A stretch of 64,000 bases of DNA from an uncultured Solirubrobacteraceae bacterium (GCA_964588985.1 CAZPQW010000013.1:1-64000); one strand, 5' to 3'. Shown: positions 1-8,919, counted from the first letter of the stretch. Numbers and translations: made by a program. The notes: generated from the sequence alone by a model not told the origin.

Positions 1-1178
1 GTCTGCGTCGGGAACAGGTCGGTCACGTGGCGTGCGATCAGCGCGCCGGTGGCGGTCATGCCGATGAAGATCGGGCCGGTCCAGTTGCGGATCGCGCCGC
101 TCGTCTTCTCGCCGAGGGCGGTGTGAGCCTCGTCGCAGATCACGATCGTGTACGCGCTCGAGATCTTGCCCGCGTTGCGCACGAACCACTGGTAGGTCTC
201 CACCGTGACCGGGCCTTTGACGGAGTCCTCGCCCTGCAGCAGCGGTCGGCTGATGCGCTTGGAGTAGCCGCGGTCGCGCAGCTCGCCGTGGAACTGGTCG
301 ACGAGGTTGCGCCGGTGGGTGAGGATCAGCACGCCGCCCGTCTGCGTCGCCTCGACGAAGCCCAGGGCCGCGACCGTCTTGCCCGCGCCGGTCGCGTGCT
401 CGAACCAGAAGCGCTTCGCCGCGTTGGGGTCCTCTGGCTGCTCGCCGAGTGACTCCTCCTCGGACTCGTCCTCCACCCAGTCGCGGGGCTCCTCCTCCGA
501 TTCGGTCTCCTGCTCAGGCTCCTCGTCGGGCTCGTCCTCGTCGGGCTCGATCTCGTCGTCATCCTCGAGGTCATCCTCGTCGTCGTCCTCCTCGGGCGCC
601 GCGCGCTGGACCGGGCCGAGATCGTCGTCGTCCTCGTCCTCCTCGGGCTCGTCCTCGTCTTCGTCCTCCGGCTCGTCCTCCTCGGCGTCTTCGGACGCGG
701 CGTCCGGGGCCGCCCCATCGACCCCGTCGGCCGCGGGAATGTCCTCCGGGCCGAGGATGTCGGCGGATGCGAGCAGCTCGGGGGACGCGGAGGAGCGGCC
801 GTTGCCGTCGGAGGCGGTTCGCTGCGCCTCGGCCAGCAGCGCGGTGAGCGTCCCCGACAGCGCGTCGACCTGGTGGGCGGAGAGCACGGTGCCGTCCACG
901 AGCTTGGGCTCGTCCTCGGAGAGCAGCCGTTCGAGGCCGAGCAGCAGCGAGAACTCCCGCCGCCACGCGGTGGACGGGTGTTTGGTCTTGGGGTCGGCCT
1001 TCAGCTCGGCGAGCGCCATGTCCAGCGCGCGCCTGCGCGGCGTACCGGCCGCGAGCGCCGCGGCGGGATCCTCGCCCTCGTGCAGGAAGCGCTCGCACAC
1101 GAGCTTCTCCGCACGCTTGATGTCGGCGGGACTCGGAATGGGCGCGGCCGCGAGGGCCACTGAGGTGGACTCGGCCAT
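1..1178 (-). CDS. SF2 DEAD/DEAH-box helicase (N-terminal part; runs off the window start)
   Basis: Manual translation from ATG at 1178 (MAESTSVALAAAP...). Walker A HATGAGKT, motif Ia LILTHRRNLVDQ, DEAH (ICDEAH) and motif III GMTAT are present, with a long Asp/Glu-rich linker before motif I. It is missing from the ORF track because there is no stop in the window. Confidence 0.9.
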   Translation of the reverse strand, partial: MAESTSVALAAAPIPSPADIKRAEKLVCERFLHEGEDPAAALAAGTPRRRALDMALAELKADPKTKHPSTAWRREFSLLLGLERLLSEDEPKLVDGTVLSAHQVDALSGTLTALLAEAQRTASDGNGRSSASPELLASADILGPEDIPAADGVDGAAPDAASEDAEEDEPEDEDEDEPEEDEDDDDLGPVQRAAPEEDDDEDDLEDDDEIEPDEDEPDEEPEQETESEEEPRDWVEDESEEESLGEQPEDPNAAKRFWFEHATGAGKTVAALGFVEATQTGGVLILTHRRNLVDQFHGELRDRGYSKRISRPLLQGEDSVKGPVTVETYQWFVRNAGKISSAYTIVICDEAHTALGEKTSGAIRNWTGPIFIGMTATGALIARHVTDLFPTQ

Positions 1179-1362
1179 GGAGGCTCTGGACTTCGAGACA
1201 GAGCCGCTGTCGAAAGTGGCTTCGGCGCGGCTCAGAAAGGGTTGGCACCCGAATGGCGCCGGTTAGCCGGATGCTGCTTCAACGCCCCCGGCTCTGACTT
1301 ACCCCAGGATATAGCACGCGAAGGCATGATTGAAGTGGGGCCATCTGCGACCCTTTGCGGAG

Positions 1363-1953
1363 ATGACGCCCAAGCGCCTGTCGATCGCCGCCGCCGCACT
1401 CGCCCTGGCTGCGGTCCTGGCGGTGGGACTGGTGCAGCTGGGCGGCGATTCGACGTCCACGAGCGCGCCGTCGAAGCTCACGCTCACGCAGATGCAGGCC
1501 CGCCTGAACGGCTCCCCTGCGGTACTTGCGAGCCTTCACGCGCAGGCGAGCGAGGTTCTCGCCGGTGGCCTGCCGGCTTTGCGCGCGCGGCTGTCGGCGC
1601 TCCGCGGACGCCCGGTGGTGATCAACAAGTGGGCCTCGTGGTGCGAACCGTGTCGCGCCGAGTTCGGCGTCTTCCAGCGTGTCTCCATCTCACAAGGCCG
1701 TGAGGTGGCGTTCATCGGGATCGACTCGGGCGACAGCCGCACGAACGCGCTGAAGTTCCTACGCTCTTTCCCCGTGAGCTATCCGAGCTACTTCGACCAC
1801 GACGGCCAGATCGGCGAAGCGATCGCCGACTCCTCGTCCACGCCGGTCACCGTTTTCTACAACCGCATCGGGAAAGCTTTCATCCGCCAGGGCCCATACC
1901 TGAGCACCGCGAAGCTGGAAGAGGACGTCCGCCGCTACGCGCTGGACGGCTGA
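1363..1953 (+). CDS. TlpA/ResA-like thiol-disulfide oxidoreductase, membrane anchored
   Basis: N-terminal hydrophobic segment; WASWCEPC thioredoxin motif; TPVT cis-Pro loop. Confidence 0.9.
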   Translation: MTPKRLSIAAAALALAAVLAVGLVQLGGDSTSTSAPSKLTLTQMQARLNGSPAVLASLHAQASEVLAGGLPALRARLSALRGRPVVINKWASWCEPCRAEFGVFQRVSISQGREVAFIGIDSGDSRTNALKFLRSFPVSYPSYFDHDGQIGEAIADSSSTPVTVFYNRIGKAFIRQGPYLSTAKLEEDVRRYALDG

Positions 1954-1957
1954 TCGG

Positions 1958-2959
1958 ATGCCCGAGCTTCGCATCGACCCGCTCAGCGGCCACCGCACGA
2001 TCGTCGCCGGCGAGCGCTCGCGGCGCCCCGGCGGAGAGCCGACGTGCGCGCCGCCCGAGGCGATCGACGTGGAGAAGGACCCGTTCGCGGAGGGCCACGA
2101 GGACCGCACGCCGCCCGAGCTCTACGCGGTGCGCCCCGACGGCGGTCCGGCGGACTCGACCGGCTGGACGGTGCGGGTCGTGCCGAACCTGTATCCCGCA
2201 CTCAGCCCCGCCGAGGAGGACGGTGCAGTGGAGCAGTCCGTCGAGTCGCCGCGCGGTCAGCCGGAGCTGTTCTCCTCGATGCCCGCGACGGGCGCGCACG
2301 AGGTGATCGTCAACGGGCCGCAGTCGGTGCTCTCGCTCGCGGAGCTGCCCGTCGAGCAGGTGGTGGCCGCGATGGAGGCGTGGCGGGCGCGCATGCGCGC
2401 GCACTCAGCGAGCGCCTACCTGCAACTGATCGTCAACGAGCGCCGCGAGGCGGGCGCTTCGCTTCCACACACTCACGCGCAGCTGTATGCGCTGGACTTC
2501 GTCCCCGCGGCGGTCGCGCGCGAGCGCGAGCGCGCCGCCGCCTACCCGGCGCGCACGATGGGTCAGAGCCTGCTCGGCGACCTGGTCGCGGAGGAGGTGC
2601 GCAGGCGCGAGCGGATCGTGGCGATCGACGACGAGGCGGTGCTGATGGCGCCGTACGCGTCGCGGCTGCCGTTCCAGCTGATGCTCGCTCCGCGCACGCC
2701 GCGCGCTCGCTTCGAGGACGACGGCCCGTCGGGAGCGGCGCTGTTGCACGACGGCCTGTGCCGTCTCGCGCGCCACCTCGGCTCGAGCCCGCCGCTGAAC
2801 CTGTGGGTGCGCACCGCCCCACGCGGGGCGGATGACTTCTGCTGGCGGATCGACGTGATGCCGCGCCTCACGCACCTCGCGGGTCTCGAGCTCTCAACCG
2901 ACCTGAACCTGAACATCGTCGCGCCCGAGCACGCCGCCGCGGTGCTGCGCGACGCCTGA
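1958..2959 (+). CDS. galT: Galactose-1-phosphate uridylyltransferase-like (GalT/HIT family)
   Basis: ELRIDPLSG start, VRVVPNLYP, GAHEVIV, and the GASLPHTHAQ HxHxQ motif. Confidence 0.85.
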   Translation: MPELRIDPLSGHRTIVAGERSRRPGGEPTCAPPEAIDVEKDPFAEGHEDRTPPELYAVRPDGGPADSTGWTVRVVPNLYPALSPAEEDGAVEQSVESPRGQPELFSSMPATGAHEVIVNGPQSVLSLAELPVEQVVAAMEAWRARMRAHSASAYLQLIVNERREAGASLPHTHAQLYALDFVPAAVARERERAAAYPARTMGQSLLGDLVAEEVRRRERIVAIDDEAVLMAPYASRLPFQLMLAPRTPRARFEDDGPSGAALLHDGLCRLARHLGSSPPLNLWVRTAPRGADDFCWRIDVMPRLTHLAGLELSTDLNLNIVAPEHAAAVLRDA

Positions 2960-2992
2960 CGGGTCGCGCGACGTTAGGCTTGGCCACAGCCG

Positions 2993-3646
2993 ATGCCGCC
3001 CGAGGAACGCTTCCTACCACGCTTCGCGGCCGAGCCGCCGCAGGAGGAGCTGCCCTACGGCCGCTGGGAGGAGCGGCTGCGCGACGCGTTCCTGTCGGCG
3101 ACGCGCACGCTGGAGGACGAGCCGGAGGATCTCGGCGAGCCTGGCGCCATCGCGTGGTACCCCGACCGCACATGGCACGGCCACACCTACGTGCCCGCCA
3201 CCTCTCGCACGAGCAACGGCTACGAGCTGTTCGGGTATGTGCGCTTCCTCTCGGCCGGTGAGGGCCGTGAGCCGGACGAGCTCTCGGCGCAGGTCGACTT
3301 CACCGACGAGCTGGCCGAGCGCAACCCCGACTGGCAGCTCGACCTGTGCGAGGAGGTGATCGGATCGTGGCGCGGCGAGTCAGGCGCGGTCGCGGCGATG
3401 ACGCTCGTGTGGGGACGCCCGCTCGTATCCGGCGGGCGGATCGTCACCGCGGAGCTGGCCGATCTGGCGGTCGACCAGTGCGGGCTGATCGACGAGCGCT
3501 TCACGCTGATCGCGCCCGACGACTACCGCCACGATCTGCTCGACATCAAGCTGTTCGACGGCAGGGGCCGCGAGCTCGCGTGGGAGTCGCTGTATGCGGG
3601 CGAGGACGAGGACGGGCAGGACGAGGAGGAGGCCGCGGCGGACTAG
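2993..3646 (+). CDS. Hypothetical acidic protein
   Basis: 217-aa ORF with host-like GC3 codon usage; no motif recognised. Confidence 0.75.
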   Translation: MPPEERFLPRFAAEPPQEELPYGRWEERLRDAFLSATRTLEDEPEDLGEPGAIAWYPDRTWHGHTYVPATSRTSNGYELFGYVRFLSAGEGREPDELSAQVDFTDELAERNPDWQLDLCEEVIGSWRGESGAVAAMTLVWGRPLVSGGRIVTAELADLAVDQCGLIDERFTLIAPDDYRHDLLDIKLFDGRGRELAWESLYAGEDEDGQDEEEAAAD

Positions 3647-3689
3647 CCGCAGCCTCCCGCCTGCTCAGCACCGACGCGCAGGCTAGCCG

Positions 3690-4130
3690 CTACTTGCCTT
3701 TGCAGCGAGCGAGCGCCTGCTGCTTGGCCGGCGATTCGTCGGGGATCGCTTCGACTGCTTCGGTGCAAGCCTTTTCCGCGTCCACCTTCGCTTTGCCCAC
3801 GTCGCCTTTTTCGTAGTCGTGGCAGATCGCTTCGACCTGCGCCTTGAGCGTCGAGGGCAGTTTTGCGCGCGCGGAGGTCGATTTGCAGATCGTGGCGGCG
3901 AGCTTGCCGGCGGTGATCTTGGGGGCGGTGGAAGTGGGCGTGGTGGTGGTGGTGGTGGGCGTGGTCGTGCTCGGCGTGGAGGTCGAGGTGGTTGACGGCG
4001 CCGACTGCGTCGTGGCGGACGGTGTCGAGCTGGCGGTGCTCGTGGTCGTGGAGCTGCTGCTCCCGCAGCCGGCGAGCAGGGCCCCGCAGAGCAGTGCGGT
4101 GGACAGCCACGCGGATCGCGTTCGGTTCAT
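3690..4130 (-). CDS. Lipoprotein with Ser/Thr-rich linker and small Cys-containing C-terminal domain
   Basis: Lipobox LLAGC; S/T/P tract; four Cys in the C-terminal part. Confidence 0.85.
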   Translation of the reverse strand: MNRTRSAWLSTALLCGALLAGCGSSSSTTTSTASSTPSATTQSAPSTTSTSTPSTTTPTTTTTTPTSTAPKITAGKLAATICKSTSARAKLPSTLKAQVEAICHDYEKGDVGKAKVDAEKACTEAVEAIPDESPAKQQALARCKGK

Positions 4131-4265
4131 TGCTTCCCCTCGAGTCGAAGTTGGTCGATGCCGGATGAGCCAGCGTCTTGGCGTGTGAGGCTATCGACGT
4201 TTTCGGACGAGGGACGACACGGTCGGGACGCCGCGACTGGCGCCCCGACCGATCCTCCTAGCCGG

Positions 4266-5045
4266 CTACGGCAGCACCGACTCGATCTGCGACGTGAAGT
4301 CGGCCTGGCCCGAGACATTCGGGTGGTAGCTTTCCGACAGCGGGTTGGACTGCCCGTTGAGCCACTCCGAAGAGGAGCAGACCTCGTGCGAGGAGAACGC
4401 GCTTCTCGGGTCCACGAACGTGAATCCGTGCGCGGCGGCGCGCGCTGAGATCACGCCGTCGAGTTTGTCACCCGTTTCGTTGAGTTTCTTCTCGTTGGAC
4501 GACGTCAAGAAGTTGACGTTGCACGTCTTGCCTTCCGCGGTGAACAGGCGCGGGTAGCCCAGCACGACCACGTGCGCGGTCGTCGCTTTCGCCCTGATGT
4601 CGTTGTAGGTGGTGTCGAGCAGCGCGGGCAGTTTGTTCGCGATGAAGCTGTTGGCTTCGCCGATCGCGCTGCCGCACGTGAAGTAGTACAGCGCGCAGTT
4701 GAGGATCACGTTGCTGAAGCCAGCGTCGTTGCCTCCGATGGTGATCGTCACCAGCGCCGTCGAGCTGCTCAGCGTGCCCAGCTGTTTGCTGTTCACTTCC
4801 GTCGATGTCGCGCCGCTGCACGCCTGGAAGCTGAGCGTGTAGCCGCGAGCCGCGGCGATCTTCGGTCCATACGCTTCAGGGCTGCGCGAGCAGCTGCCTT
4901 CTTCGCTGTAGAAGACTCGCGTCCCCACACCTGACGAGTACGAGTCCCCGAGCGCCACGTACTGCGACGCGGATGCCACGGCGACCGGCACGAGCATGCC
5001 GGCACATAGAGCCACAACACCGACTATTCGGCGCCAATTCCCCAT
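4266..5045 (-). CDS. Secreted SGNH/GDSL lipase-esterase
   Basis: Signal peptide; YVALGDSYSSG, ACSGA, TIGGND and ESYHPN blocks. Confidence 0.93.
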   Translation of the reverse strand: MGNWRRIVGVVALCAGMLVPVAVASASQYVALGDSYSSGVGTRVFYSEEGSCSRSPEAYGPKIAAARGYTLSFQACSGATSTEVNSKQLGTLSSSTALVTITIGGNDAGFSNVILNCALYYFTCGSAIGEANSFIANKLPALLDTTYNDIRAKATTAHVVVLGYPRLFTAEGKTCNVNFLTSSNEKKLNETGDKLDGVISARAAAHGFTFVDPRSAFSSHEVCSSSEWLNGQSNPLSESYHPNVSGQADFTSQIESVLP

Positions 5046-5333
5046 TGTTCTCTCTCCCTCTATTTGATCGTCCGCCCAGGGGCGCCCGAAGGCGTTCGTC
5101 TCCCCAGACACCCTGAGCGCTGTTCGCGCAACCTATCCGGGCGTGGCGGCGGGCGTCAATAGGTCGCAGAACGTCAGTAGTTCGCAGAGATAGTTTTCGA
5201 AGCACTCACACCGCCACTGCGGGTGCTCTCGTGTAGCGTAGGGTGTGAGCCCTAGCAGCCCGAGAACCATTCAGGTGTCTCCAACCGTGGATCTGCCTTC
5301 GCAACGGATGACCGCCAGGCGGATCAGCCGAGC

Positions 5334-5353
5334 CCCAAGCCCTACGGCTTGGG
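5334..5353 (-). terminator. Stem-loop just downstream of the three-gene operon (possible terminator)
   Basis: CCCAAGCC-ctac-GGCTTGGG perfect 8-bp stem, 13 nt past the stop at 5367; no U-tract. Confidence 0.45.
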
Positions 5354-5366
5354 ACGGGCGATGTCA

Positions 5367-5540
5367 CTACTCGCCGTGAACACTCCGAAGCACGCTCGTG
5401 CGTATCGCATCCAGTCCGAGCGCCCCGACACCCGTGCGTTCGCCGACGCGTTTCAACAGGCGCGCGAATCGCTCGCTCGGCTCTAGCCCAACATCGCCGA
5501 GTTCGGCCTCGTCTATGAATGTTTGCTCTTCGTAGCTCAT
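5367..5540 (-). CDS. Small hypothetical protein (57 aa, MSYEEQTFIDEAELG...)
   Basis: ATG overlaps the upstream stop (ATGA at 5537-5540); GAGGAGG Shine-Dalgarno upstream. Confidence 0.65.
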   Translation of the reverse strand: MSYEEQTFIDEAELGDVGLEPSERFARLLKRVGERTGVGALGLDAIRTSVLRSVHGE

Positions 5541-6232
5541 GACTTGGGCTTCACCTCCTCGCGCTCGGTATGGGTGCGCAGAAGCAAGCTTAGGATCTCG
5601 CGATAGTACAGCAGGTGTCCGACGGATGAGCGCAACTCGGCTTGCGTCCTCCGCTCGACCAAGCCGTCGACCGTCAGCACCCACAGTACTTCGGGCCCGG
5701 CACCGAACACGGGGAGGGCGATAATCCAGCGGAGACTTGGGTCGATGCGGTGCCGCTCGGCGGCGTCTCGGATGGTGCTGTCCTCAAGCGCCGAATCAAA
5801 GAGCGTGATAACCGGTCGACCGCTACCGGCTGCCTGTCCCGCACCAGACTCTCCTATTTGGATTCGGATGTTGGTCTCATCGGACGAAGCGAACCCAACC
5901 GTCTGGCCCTTGAGGATCCGCAGCGACTCGTCAGCTTGCCTAGCGAAGATCGCTCCCCTGATCAGACCAACCGGCAGACGCTGGTCGGCGGCGACCTCCT
6001 CAACGGCGTTCTCAAGTACATCGTGGATCACGTCGATGTCTCTCTCCTCGGACTTCTCCGCAGCGGAGAGAAGCGCCGCGCGAGTGGCCTTGACCTCGGC
6101 CAGAAGCGCATGGTTGCGTCGCTGGTCGCGAAGCCGCAGAGCACTCAGCGCAAGGGTGCCCACGATTGAGACAACAGCCGCTACGGCGACTGCAGAAAGA
6201 ACATCGTAGGTCGTGGTAGTCAGGATGATCAT
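5537..6232 (-). CDS. Single-TM protein with GAF-like domain and no output domain
   Basis: N-terminal TM and helical linker, then GAF-like pattern (IQIGESGAGQAAGSGRPVI ... LRWIIALPVFG ... VLWVLTVDG). Confidence 0.7.
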   Translation of the reverse strand: MIILTTTTYDVLSAVAVAAVVSIVGTLALSALRLRDQRRNHALLAEVKATRAALLSAAEKSEERDIDVIHDVLENAVEEVAADQRLPVGLIRGAIFARQADESLRILKGQTVGFASSDETNIRIQIGESGAGQAAGSGRPVITLFDSALEDSTIRDAAERHRIDPSLRWIIALPVFGAGPEVLWVLTVDGLVERRTQAELRSSVGHLLYYREILSLLLRTHTEREEVKPKS

Positions 6233-6699
6233 GACCTGGTATAGACGAGGAAGAGCGCGACAACCCCGAAGAACAACGGCAGGATAAAACCAAGCAAGGC
6301 GTACCGCACAAAGCCGCCAATGCCCGCCGGCGACTCGCCTCGCTCTTGGATTCCAACTCGCAACTCGAAGACGATCACGACTACGAAGATCGCGAAAATC
6401 ACGTAGACGAGCACGTCATCTACGAATAGCCTGCTTCCGAAACGGGCTATGCCGTGGGCGTTGAGGCGCATGCCCTGTGTGACAACCACGTGATGGTCGA
6501 CCGCAGAGACCCGTTCAAGAGTTTCCGCCTTCACCAGCAGCAGGCGTATAGCGCCGGCGATCGCGGTTGTTGCAGCAGCCGGCCCGCAATGTATCAGGGT
6601 CGGCAGGACCTCTTTACGTCGCGCGAACGCCGCGCTGAGTACCTGCACCACCAGCAGACCCAAGCCTGTCAGAACCAGAAATCGTACCCCGGAGCTCAC
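6229..6699 (-). CDS. Hypothetical multi-TM membrane protein
   Basis: 3-4 hydrophobic segments; stop overlaps the next start (ATGA at 6229-6232). Confidence 0.65.
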   Translation of the reverse strand: MSSGVRFLVLTGLGLLVVQVLSAAFARRKEVLPTLIHCGPAAATTAIAGAIRLLLVKAETLERVSAVDHHVVVTQGMRLNAHGIARFGSRLFVDDVLVYVIFAIFVVVIVFELRVGIQERGESPAGIGGFVRYALLGFILPLFFGVVALFLVYTRS

Positions 6700-6734
6700 C
6701 CTGTCAATCCCCTCGACTCACCCTGTCAATCCCC
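6695..6734. repeat. 18-nt direct repeat with 22-nt period
   Basis: CTCACCCTGTCAATCCCC at 6695-6712 and 6717-6734. Confidence 0.95.
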
Positions 6735-6973
6735 CGATGATCCACGCGCGCGAGGCGGGACCGTATCACGATCGCGATCAAGTGGAAACATACGGCTGTT
6801 TCGCAATTCCAAAAAATGGTGTTAGACGAGCTATGGGGCACTCGAGGGGCGCCTGCGTTGGGAGAGGCCCCGCCCACGGCGATAGGTGGTCCATGCCCGA
6901 TACTCATCGGTGATGACAGTGGCCTCGCAGGGCCGGCCATCGGCTGCGGGCGGTGGGACTATCATGACGGCGG

Positions 6974-7900
6974 ATGCAGCCCGTCATTTTGGATTGCGAC
7001 CCCGGCCATGACGACGCGCTGGCGCTTCTAGTTGCACTTGCTAGCGATGAGATCGAGCTACTTGGCGTTAGCACCGTGGCGGGCAACCAGACAGTCGCCC
7101 TCACCACGGCGAACGCACTCGCGGTTCTGGAGTATGTGGGGCGCGGCGATCTGCCTGTCGCCTCAGGTGCTAACCGGCCCCTTGTCCGCGAGCTGGCCGT
7201 GGCAGCCGACGTGCACGGCGAGACCGGTCTCGATGGTGCCGAGATACCCGCCTCCTCTCTCACTCCCCACGCCTTGCACGCGATCGACTGGATCGCCACC
7301 ACGGTCCGTTCAAGCGCAGTGCCCGTCACGATCGTGGCTACCGGCCCCTTGACCAATATCGCGCTACTACTGGCCCGCTACCCCGGCGTCGAGGCGCAGA
7401 TCGCACGGATTGTGATGATGGGAGGATCTATTGGAGAAGGCAACGTTACGCCGGCCGCAGAGTTCAACGTTTGGGCAGACCCAGAGGCAGCTCATCGGGT
7501 GATGACGAGTGGCCTCGCTGTGACGATGGTCGGTCTGGACGTAACCCACCAGGCGCTCCTGACCGAGCAGCATTTGACTGAGCTCGCGGCCGCCGGTCAC
7601 GCCGGAAGGCTCGTGGCAAATCTCTACGACTTCTATCTTCGCTACCACGTCGAGCGTTACGGATGGAACGGGGCGCCCGCTCATGATGCTCTCGCCATGG
7701 CGTTCGCAATCGACGCGGCGACCCTGACGGTCGTTCCCTGCGGCGTCGTGGTTGACACGGGGTCCGACCCATCCCGTGGGCGCACATACGTCGATCGCTG
7801 GGCAGCCACGGGGTGGCCGATCAATGCACAGGTAGCGGTCGACGTCGACAAAGATCGCTTTCTGCACATGGTCTGCGAGCGGGTCGGGCGTCTCGGTTGA
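6974..7900 (+). CDS. Inosine/uridine-preferring nucleoside hydrolase (Rih family)
   Basis: DCDPGHDDA, VAGN, VHGETGL, TGPLTN, GNVTPAAEFNVWADPEAA and HD motifs. Confidence 0.95.
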   Translation: MQPVILDCDPGHDDALALLVALASDEIELLGVSTVAGNQTVALTTANALAVLEYVGRGDLPVASGANRPLVRELAVAADVHGETGLDGAEIPASSLTPHALHAIDWIATTVRSSAVPVTIVATGPLTNIALLLARYPGVEAQIARIVMMGGSIGEGNVTPAAEFNVWADPEAAHRVMTSGLAVTMVGLDVTHQALLTEQHLTELAAAGHAGRLVANLYDFYLRYHVERYGWNGAPAHDALAMAFAIDAATLTVVPCGVVVDTGSDPSRGRTYVDRWAATGWPINAQVAVDVDKDRFLHMVCERVGRLG

Positions 7901-8070
7901 GCTGTCCGGGCCTTCTAGGCGGTTACTGACGATTCGGGCCTTCAGGCCGATCATGGATCGGGCCGGATTGGGTGCGATTTAGGGGGGTTTGGGCAGCAGA
8001 ATGCGGTGCTGCCCAAACGTCAGGCTGCGAGACGCCTCGAGCGCGCTGCGCCAGCCGGATCGAGGCGGGG

Positions 8071-8327
8071 TCAGGCTGCGGCGAGTGCCTCCGAAGCGTG
8101 TCGGGGCTGACGGCGACGTACTCGGGGACCGTGACGTTGATGACGTGGTCGCGTTCGAGCAACCACTTGGCGTTGATCATCGTTAGTCCTAAGACGCCGC
8201 CCTGAGCGTTGAAGCGGAGGACGTGCCCCTCGGGCGTCTCCTCGCTCACCGCCGCCAGCTGGTGATCTCCGAGGTGCAGGTAGAGCTCGTCTCCCCGGAA
8301 GGTCAGGCTGCCGATGGTCACTGTCAT
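8071..8327 (-). pseudogene. DUF2283-like small protein, apparently frameshifted near the C-terminus
   Basis: GDELYLHLG...EETPEGHVLRFNAQGGVLGLTMINAKWLL pattern. A 1-nt shift at about 8092 restores a compact ...EALAAA* end at 8071 instead of the run-on tail to 7923. Confidence 0.55.
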
Positions 8328-8370
8328 CGTGTAGTCAATCCTGGCGGATCTTTGCGATTGGCGTAGGCGG

Positions 8371-8919
8371 TCACGATTCGCGCTGGTCGCGAATCTCGAC
8401 GCCATAACGGATCAGCCAGGCACGCGTGCTAGAGACCAGCCCTGGGAGCGCTTGGCGGAGTCGCTCGATGGAGTCTCGGACTTCCTCGGCGTCAACGTCC
8501 GGGGAAGCGTTCTCGAGGCGCCCCTCGAGAACGTAGAGCTCGTTTAGTAGCGCGGCTTGATCGTTGCTCAAACCCCCGTCCGAGACAAGCGCCTCGAAGA
8601 CCTGCTCGGCGTGAGGGCGACGATATGGAAGCAAGCCGATCAAACGCGACCCGGCGCTGGCCTTGAGTATCTCGACATAAGCATTGAGCATCGCGGAGTG
8701 ATCACCCGTGACGACCATCGTGCGGTTGGCATCACGAGGCTCGTCGGACTCGAAGGCGCTCCTCCATTCGGCCCGATCGAGTCTTCCACCGAAGTTCTCT
8801 TCGATCGCCAGGTCGAGAGCCTTGCGATGCTTGTTGATGGTCTGGAAGAAGCGGGCCAGTCGCGCTTGCTCGACTGCGAGAGCGCCGCGGCCGATCTTTG
8901 CCGGCAAGTCGTCATTCAC
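8371..8919 (-). CDS. HEPN/HepT-like helical protein with degenerate catalytic motif
   Basis: GTG overlaps the MNT stop (GTGA at 8916-8919); C-terminal pattern VFEALVSDGGLS...LLNELYVLEGRLENASPDVDAEEV resembles HepT but lacks RxxxxH. Confidence 0.6.
   Translation of the reverse strand: MNDDLPAKIGRGALAVEQARLARFFQTINKHRKALDLAIEENFGGRLDRAEWRSAFESDEPRDANRTMVVTGDHSAMLNAYVEILKASAGSRLIGLLPYRRPHAEQVFEALVSDGGLSNDQAALLNELYVLEGRLENASPDVDAEEVRDSIERLRQALPGLVSSTRAWLIRYGVEIRDQRES

Noticed and set aside
307-1266. 319-aa Ser-rich ORF on the plus strand
   Set aside because: Antisense shadow of the Asp/Glu-rich helicase linker
3930-4060. GTG/GTC trinucleotide-like repeats
   Set aside because: They encode the Thr/Ser linker of the lipoprotein; not an independent repeat element
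5100-5360. att-site duplicate of the tRNA-Arg 3' end
   Set aside because: No matching repeat found by eye; likewise none for tRNA-Lys near 31100
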